Positions 57,945 to 64,000 of a stretch of DNA of 64,000 nt are shown piece after piece. The position numbers and the translations under genes are program-made. Where the stretch lies: contig OY760505.1 in assembly GCA_963663545.1 (NCBI GenBank), positions 2,624,001 through 2,688,000 on the forward strand, written 5' to 3'. The first letter of the stretch is position 1. Each line of letters starts with the position of its first letter. The notes under the pieces were generated by a model. It had not been told where the DNA came from and searched no databases. It saw only the letters and a list, made by a program, of their open reading frames with translations. This stretch comes from Candidatus Delongbacteria bacterium. GTDB taxonomy: Bacteria > CAIWAD01.

Positions 57945-58700
57945 ATGAAACAGAATGAGCCGGCCAGGCAGATGGCACATCATACTGGCGCTCAGCGTCG
58001 ACGCGAAGTCAATGCCTTGTTTGAATCCATTGCCCCTCACTACGATTTGCTGAACCGCCTCTTTAGTATGCGGCAGGATTTGCGTTGGCGAAAGCGTCTG
58101 CTGGCCGCCTTAGCGCCAAAGAGGGATGGGGTTTATCTGGACCTTGCCGCTGGTACAGGAGACGTCTCACTGGCACTTGCCAGTAAAGCCGGTTGTCGTG
58201 TGCTGGCGCTGGATCTGACGAGCGGAATGCTGCAGCGCCTGCTAGAACGGCGAGCACGGCTGTCGTCCGTGCAGGCGGATCGTATACTTGCCGTGCGTGG
58301 TACTGCCGAGGAGCTTCCGCTTGCCGATCGCTGTGTCGATGGTATTACTATCGCCTTTGGTGTGCGCAATATGCCGGATCATTCACGCGTGCTGACGGAG
58401 TGTTACCGTGTCTTGAAACCCGGTGCGCTGCTGCTTGTGCTGGAGCTGGCTGGTGTGACACAGCCATTGCTGCGGCGATTGTTCAACCTCTATTTCCACA
58501 AGCTCGTGCCCCGTGTTGGGCGGTTGCTTTCTGGTGATCCCTCGGCATACGCCTATCTACCTGAGTCGGTGGAGGCTTTTCCCGCTCGTGATACGTTTCT
58601 TGCCGCGATGCGTGAAGCGGGATTTCAGTCTTGTCGATGCGAGGATCTCAGCGGTGGTATCGCCAGTCTATTTGCCGGGAGGGTCGATGAGATCCGTTGA
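57945..58700 (+). CDS. UbiE/MenG family methyltransferase
   Basis: F..IA..YDLLN, LDLAAGTGD, FGVRN, RVLKPG, AYAYLPESV. Confidence 0.9.
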   Translation: MKQNEPARQMAHHTGAQRRREVNALFESIAPHYDLLNRLFSMRQDLRWRKRLLAALAPKRDGVYLDLAAGTGDVSLALASKAGCRVLALDLTSGMLQRLLERRARLSSVQADRILAVRGTAEELPLADRCVDGITIAFGVRNMPDHSRVLTECYRVLKPGALLLVLELAGVTQPLLRRLFNLYFHKLVPRVGRLLSGDPSAYAYLPESVEAFPARDTFLAAMREAGFQSCRCEDLSGGIASLFAGRVDEIR

Positions 58701-59589
58701 TGGCTTTGTGACACAAGAAGCTTGTCGACATCAACTCTCAGTCGATCTTGAGCTGGTGAGCTTGGCGCACAATCTGCGCTCTGCGTTTGACATTCAGGCC
58801 AATCTGGACCTGCGTGGTGAGTTGGAAGAACGGGTTCTGCTAAGTACTCGACGCGTGTTGCGCATGCTGGAACGCCACCATGTACGTGCCACTTTCTTTG
58901 TTCTGGGATTGTTGGCGGAGCGCTACCCTGCTCTCGTAGAGGAAATTGCTACAGCTGGTCATCGCATTGCTTCGCACGGCTACAGTCATACGAGCTTGAG
59001 GACACTTGGCGCGGAGGGCTTCCGCCGCGAACTGGCGCGTTGCCGAGACTTGTTGCAGCCATGGGAAGAGGCATGGGAGCATCCCCACGGGCCAGGCTTT
59101 CGTGCTCCCGATTTCAGCCTTCCCGTCGAGGAAGACTGGCCCTATCGAATCCTGGCAGAGGAAGGCTTCGGCTGGTCTTCCAGCGTAATGCGGGCGCGTG
59201 TCACAAGATCGACGATGGGCAGACTTACTTCTGATGTATCACGTGCGCTTCGTAATACAAAACCACATTTGCGCATTGTTGGGGATCGCGGAATGTGGGA
59301 GTATCCGCTGCAAGGTTTCCGGGTTGGGGCACTGCCGTTATCCTGGGGGGGAGGTTTTTGGCTGCGTGCGCTTCCTCGAACTTGGAATTTGCATCACATG
59401 CAGCGTTGGGATCGCGCCGGGAGGAGTTTTCATCTCTACTTGCATCCTTGGGAAATGGATGCGGATCAGCCGCGGCTCACACTGCCTGTTTGGCGTTCTG
59501 TGCGCCAGTACAGAGGCTTGCAGAGCTTCGAAAGGCGGTTGGAGAACATCTTGCCCCGGTTTTCCTGGAGACCCGCTGGACCTTTGTGA
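58687..59589 (+). CDS. Polysaccharide deacetylase with DUF3473-like C-terminus
   Basis: ATFFVLG, HRIASHGYSH, GFRAP.FS, GGGF.LR, YLHPWE.D..QPR. Confidence 0.85.
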   Translation: MRSVDGFVTQEACRHQLSVDLELVSLAHNLRSAFDIQANLDLRGELEERVLLSTRRVLRMLERHHVRATFFVLGLLAERYPALVEEIATAGHRIASHGYSHTSLRTLGAEGFRRELARCRDLLQPWEEAWEHPHGPGFRAPDFSLPVEEDWPYRILAEEGFGWSSSVMRARVTRSTMGRLTSDVSRALRNTKPHLRIVGDRGMWEYPLQGFRVGALPLSWGGGFWLRALPRTWNLHHMQRWDRAGRSFHLYLHPWEMDADQPRLTLPVWRSVRQYRGLQSFERRLENILPRFSWRPAGPL

Positions 59590-59639
59590 CACATTGTTTT
59601 TGATGTATGGAACTCTGAGTGCTCTGTGATACAAGGGGA

Positions 59640-60353
59640 CTACTGGATTAGGCTATCCAGCAGGGAGAAGTTCTCGCGGGCACGACGATAAGCGCGACCA
59701 ATTCGGTCGATCTGTTCACGCAGCTGTTCAGCGAACGCGGCCCATTCTTCTCGGGAGTTCGTATCACCTTCAAACTGAATCGGCTTGCCGTAGACAACGC
59801 TGATCTTGTAGGCCTTTGGCACACTGCTACCTTTGCCGAAAGCGCGGTGGGCGCCATCAATGTAGACGGGTAGAACCGGGAGCCTGTGTTGTGCGGCCAA
59901 ATAGCCTACGCCCAGTTTGAAACGTCCCATTTCACCTGATACACTGCGGGTTCCCTCGGGAAAGATGATGATGCTGTGGCCCTTGCACAGTGCGCGCTCC
60001 GTCGGTCCGAAGGCTTCCTGTATTTTAGCGGTGCGCTCAATGGGCAGCACGTTCATGAAGATGCTGAAGAAGATGCCCTTGATCTTCGATGAGAAAAAAT
60101 AGTCACGGGCGGCAATGGGGTGCACCAGGTGCATGCGGCTGTAGGGGAATGCGCTCAGCAGCACTGCAGCATCATAATGGCTGCTATGGTTGGCAACAAT
60201 GATTTGCTGTGCGTTCGTGTCCAGGTTTTCGCGATGGTGATAGGTGACGCGGTTGTAGCCGAACATGTAGATGCCCAGAATGGCGTGCAGAACGACGCGC
60301 GTGACACGTTCCACACCTTCTTTTACCCCATTCCAGATTTCAGCAGCTGACAT
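59640..60353 (-). CDS. 1-acyl-sn-glycerol-3-phosphate acyltransferase (PlsC family)
   Basis: NHSSHYD, FPEGTRS. Confidence 0.9.
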   Translation of the reverse strand: MSAAEIWNGVKEGVERVTRVVLHAILGIYMFGYNRVTYHHRENLDTNAQQIIVANHSSHYDAAVLLSAFPYSRMHLVHPIAARDYFFSSKIKGIFFSIFMNVLPIERTAKIQEAFGPTERALCKGHSIIIFPEGTRSVSGEMGRFKLGVGYLAAQHRLPVLPVYIDGAHRAFGKGSSVPKAYKISVVYGKPIQFEGDTNSREEWAAFAEQLREQIDRIGRAYRRARENFSLLDSLIQ

Positions 60354-60548
60354 CTCGAGTTCCCTGGATCGACGACGACGCCGTTAAGGTAGGAATCTGG
60401 TGCAGTTGGTGCTAGCTTAGTCTTAGGTGGTCGGGCACGGGGATCATACAATACCCAGCACATGAGTTCAGTCTGTGTGATATATTGCCGATCCAGAGTT
60501 GGGATTCGCTGAAGCTATTCGATACCGTTTGGGAAATGAGGAGAGGCC

Positions 60549-61982
60549 ATGTTATTCAATTCGCTTGTGTTTGCTCTCTTCTTGCCGCTTGTCTTCATCT
60601 TCTACTGGTCCCTGAAGCGAGCCCCCTTGTCAACGCAGAACTTCCTTCTATTAGTTGCCAGCTATGTGTTTTATGGCTGGTGGGATTGGCGTTTCCTGAT
60701 TCTGATATTCCTCAGTTCCTGCCTTGACTTCACTGTTGGTCTAGCCATCTTTCGGAGCAACAGTCAGCGGAGGCGAAAGGCTTTGCTGGTAACAAGCCTG
60801 ATGTTGAATCTGGGTGCTTTAGCCTTTTTCAAATACTGTAATTTCTTTATCGATAGTTTTGTCGATCTTGCGCATTTATTCGGTATGCAAGCAAATCCGT
60901 GGTCATTGCGAGTGATATTGCCCGTTGGTATAAGCTTCTATACTTTCCAGACACTTAGCTACACTATTGACATCTATCGTCGAAAGATTGAACCTACCAC
61001 AGACCCGATCGCATTCTTCGCTTTCGTGAGCTTCTTCCCACAGTTAGTTGCTGGCCCTATTGAGCGTGCCTCTGCTTTGCTGCCTCAGTTTTTGCAGCCG
61101 CGCACTTTTGACGGCGAGAAAGCTCGTGATGGCATGCGTCAGATGCTATGGGGGCTGATGAAGAAGATGGTGATTGCAGACAACCTGGCGCCTCATGTTG
61201 AGACGGTTTTCAACAATTGGAATCAACTGGATAGTCTCAGCTTGATCATTGGAGCAGGATTCTTCGCCATACAGGTGTACTGCGATTTCAGTGGATACAG
61301 TGACATTGCTATCGGATGTGCACGCCTGTTCGGGTTTAATCTGATGAGGAATTTTGCCTATCCTTTCTTCTCACGGGATTTCGGCGAGTTCTGGCATCGT
61401 TGGCACATCTCCCTATCCACTTGGTTCAGAGATTACGTATACATCCCATTAGGCGGGAATCGCACAGGCAAGGCGCGACAGATCTGGAACACTCTTGTGA
61501 CGTTCACTGTCAGCGGACTGTGGCATGGAGCGAGTTGGAATTTTGTTGGTTGGGGATTTCTGAACGGTGTTTACCTGATTCCACATTTTCTGCAGAAGAA
61601 CCGGGTGAAGCGTACAGATGTGATTGCGCAGGGACGGTTACTGCCGAATCTGGTGGAGTTGCGTCAACTTCTTGTTACAACCTTCTTCACCTTCATTTCC
61701 TTTGTGGTTTTTCGCACGGCGTCCATTCCGGATGGATTCGGGTACATTGGCCGGACCTTCAGCCCCCCTCTAGCTGGTGGAGATTACTCAGCCCTTCAAG
61801 AGCCCCTGCTTTTCTGTTTTGGCTTGCTCACTGTGGAATGGCTGCAGCGCACAGAGCAGCATCCGCTTGAGATACGGCGCTTCCCAAAGGCGCTGCGTTG
61901 GTCGATCTATATCGCGCTGATTCTGATAGTGCTGCTCTTCGGGAGTTTTGGTGAGCAGGAATTCGTGTACTTCCAATTCTAG
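60549..61982 (+). CDS. MBOAT O-acyltransferase (AlgI/DltB family)
   Basis: LPVGISFYTFQ, FFPQLVAGPIER, DFSGYSD.A, RWHISLSTWFRDY.YIPLGG, SGLWHGA. Confidence 0.95.
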   Translation: MLFNSLVFALFLPLVFIFYWSLKRAPLSTQNFLLLVASYVFYGWWDWRFLILIFLSSCLDFTVGLAIFRSNSQRRRKALLVTSLMLNLGALAFFKYCNFFIDSFVDLAHLFGMQANPWSLRVILPVGISFYTFQTLSYTIDIYRRKIEPTTDPIAFFAFVSFFPQLVAGPIERASALLPQFLQPRTFDGEKARDGMRQMLWGLMKKMVIADNLAPHVETVFNNWNQLDSLSLIIGAGFFAIQVYCDFSGYSDIAIGCARLFGFNLMRNFAYPFFSRDFGEFWHRWHISLSTWFRDYVYIPLGGNRTGKARQIWNTLVTFTVSGLWHGASWNFVGWGFLNGVYLIPHFLQKNRVKRTDVIAQGRLLPNLVELRQLLVTTFFTFISFVVFRTASIPDGFGYIGRTFSPPLAGGDYSALQEPLLFCFGLLTVEWLQRTEQHPLEIRRFPKALRWSIYIALILIVLLFGSFGEQEFVYFQF

Positions 61983-61990
61983 GGGATCCC

Positions 61991-63052
61991 ATGGCTGCAT
62001 TTATCAGGAATGCCCTGCTGTTCACAATAGCGCTGATTGTGGTTTTGGAGCTGTTTTTCCGGTTTGTCATTCCCGCATCGTATGCACCATACACAGAATC
62101 TGAGCCTGAGCACGGTTTCATGTACTATGGTCAGCAGCAGGTAGATGGGGTGTTTACCTCGGGTCGGCTGGCCCAGGTTCGTGTGCCATGGCATATCAAT
62201 CAGGACGGATGGAATGCTGCCATTGAGTACCAGCCGGCGATCGGCCGCGAGAAGTATGCGATCGGTGTGTTTGGCGATTCCTACATCGAAGGGCTGTACG
62301 TTGATTGGGACAAGAGCCTGTTCAATATACTGGCGAACGAACTAGGTTCAGACGCTGTCGTTTATCCTTTCGCGTACTCGGGTAACCCGTTATCGGAGTA
62401 CCAGCGACTGCTCGAATACGCGGTGCCCAAGTTCAACCTTGACGCAGCCGTGTTGCTGGTGGATACCGGTAAGCTGGCAGCGAGCCTGAGCAACTACACA
62501 AATCATGAGCACTGCTTGCAATGGAGGATTGAGGGTGACTCTATTCGCGCCACGAATCCTGTGCCGTATCAGCCTAGGAAGATGCGGATATTCAGGTATA
62601 GTGCATTGATGCGATACGCTACCAGTAATGCGAACATCAGCTTCGGTTTAGGCAAGGTGAACAAGGCCAGCAGAAAGGCGGGTGAACAGATTCCCGAGGC
62701 CATGCAGCACCACTTTCACATGGTAGCCCGCCATATGCTCGAGAAGCTGGCCCATGACTTCCCGGATGTCCACTTTGTGTTACTGTTCGACGCCGAGCGC
62801 AGGCGCATCTATGCAGGCGATACCGAATCCACGACCTTGTTGGAAAAGGACTTTCTGGCTCCAGTTTGCCAGGAGCTGGGTTTCGGAGTGGTGGACCTGG
62901 ATCCTTACTTTCGTGAGGACTACCGATTGCACGGGAAGAAGTTTGACTTCGAATTCAACATTCATTGGAATGAGCACGGCAATGCTGTAGTTGCACGGGC
63001 ACTGTATGACTATTTTCGACCCCTGTCTTCCAGCACGGGCCAGATGGAGTAA
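61991..63052 (+). CDS. SGNH-hydrolase-like protein (AlgJ-like partner of MBOAT)
   Basis: N-terminal TM; FGDSYIEG; HWN..G. Confidence 0.75.
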   Translation: MAAFIRNALLFTIALIVVLELFFRFVIPASYAPYTESEPEHGFMYYGQQQVDGVFTSGRLAQVRVPWHINQDGWNAAIEYQPAIGREKYAIGVFGDSYIEGLYVDWDKSLFNILANELGSDAVVYPFAYSGNPLSEYQRLLEYAVPKFNLDAAVLLVDTGKLAASLSNYTNHEHCLQWRIEGDSIRATNPVPYQPRKMRIFRYSALMRYATSNANISFGLGKVNKASRKAGEQIPEAMQHHFHMVARHMLEKLAHDFPDVHFVLLFDAERRRIYAGDTESTTLLEKDFLAPVCQELGFGVVDLDPYFREDYRLHGKKFDFEFNIHWNEHGNAVVARALYDYFRPLSSSTGQME

Positions 63053-63200
63053 CTAGCCTGCAATGGCTTTGAGAATGCGCTCCGCCGCGTGACCATCCCA
63101 CATGGGCAGTTCGCCGCGACGCTTAGCGCGCCCCTTCATCACGGTCTCGAACACCTGTAGAATGCGCTCACGGTTGGTTTCAATAATGTAGGGTTGTTCA
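63053..63200 (-). pseudogene. C-terminal remnant of UDP-GlcNAc 2-epimerase (WecB-like)
   Basis: Minus strand reads ..RERILQVFETVMKGRAKRRGELPMWDGHAAERILKAIAG*. Confidence 0.65.
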
Positions 63201-63289
63201 TAGGCTCTGTCCAAGATATCTGGTGGTGCTTCTGTAAGTGATGGTTTTTCAAACAGTGCGCTCGTCGCGATCCGTTGGAAAAAGCGGCC

Positions 63290-63415
63290 CCACTTCTAGG
63301 ATGCGGACAATCTGGCTTTCGCTGAACCGTGACTTACGCATTTTGATCTCCTTTGCCTTAAGAGTAGCAAGGAAATCTCTACTTATGAGTGGTCCGGATT
63401 TGTGGGGCGATTACA
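63290..63415 (-). mobile_element. IS3-family left-end remnant
   Basis: End starts TGTAATCGCCCC; AAGGAG RBS; ATG 63341 gives MRKSRFSESQIVRILE, then similarity is lost. Confidence 0.75.
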
Positions 63416-63422
63416 CACCCCA

Positions 63423-64000
63423 TTACAATTGACGTAATCTCTGCTTCAACTCGAGTGAATCGCGAAGAGCGCTGGTGTAAAGTGCTGCACCTTTACTGGT
63501 TAAGTGCATTAGGTCTCGGAAGCAGCTATCAGGAATAGCCTGTTCGCTCGAATCAAACCACGGCGTTGCTGGATAAGTTGAAGTGAGAAAGGATCGTGTT
63601 GCCTTTCTTCGATGAATAGACTGGGGCTGGTTGGCATAGAAACTATGGATGGGTGGAGTTGCTAGGTACAGCTGGATTCCCTTCTGTTGACAAAGCGATA
63701 CGATACGATCAAAATACTCAGTCTGCATTGTACCCGTGAAGCGGAGGTCTGCATCGCTGGGCTGATACCGTTGCATTGCTTCGTTCAGCTTACTTACCCC
63801 AAGTCTGACAAACATTCCATATCTAAGGCTCCTTGCACTTATCACTTCACTATAGGCATGCCTAATGACTGTTATCATGAAGCGTGGTGACCTGAGAGCA
63901 CCAAGAAGCATATCGCTAGAGTTGCTTTTTGCGAACATGCGAACTTCTGCAGGAGACCATAACATCCAGTAGTGCGGGAATCGTAAGAGGAAATGTGATG
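63423..64000 (-). CDS. SGNH-like protein, C-terminal part (probably runs off window)
   Basis: IV.LC..KGI.L.L.TPP, F.D..HL...GA..YT. Confidence 0.6.
   Translation of the reverse strand, partial: SHFLLRFPHYWMLWSPAEVRMFAKSNSSDMLLGALRSPRFMITVIRHAYSEVISARSLRYGMFVRLGVSKLNEAMQRYQPSDADLRFTGTMQTEYFDRIVSLCQQKGIQLYLATPPIHSFYANQPQSIHRRKATRSFLTSTYPATPWFDSSEQAIPDSCFRDLMHLTSKGAALYTSALRDSLELKQRLRQL

Overview
GC-rich bacterial chromosomal window, tentatively FCB group or a relative (inferred from a T9SS-type C-terminal domain protein). The core content is a mannoside-utilisation operon (GH130, ROK kinase, CBM9-like, SSS transporter, GH38), rhodanese/DoxX genes, four tandem TetR paralogues, an EamA transporter, a heterodimeric ABC exporter, a Vor-type 2-oxoacid:ferredoxin oxidoreductase operon, glycogen catabolism (glgP, glgX), peptidases, clpB, LpxH-like, PBP1A, UbiE/MenG and an MBOAT/SGNH O-acylation pair. 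The accessory region at about 8.85-18.5 kb is an integron cassette array with no integrase in the window. It has five cassettes and long attC sites; two attC sites are hit at the same base by IS110/IS1111-type elements, and one of those is itself disrupted by an IS630. The array is bracketed by two inverted, covarying structured repeats of about 270 bp. Other signals are a sigma54-driven candidate ncRNA, a RAYT-type HUH transposase with adjacent short repeats, and a highly iterated heptamer GTGATAC/GTATCAC (about 80 copies counted by eye) that is nearly absent from the acquired DNA. All calls come from reading the sequence; no searches were run.
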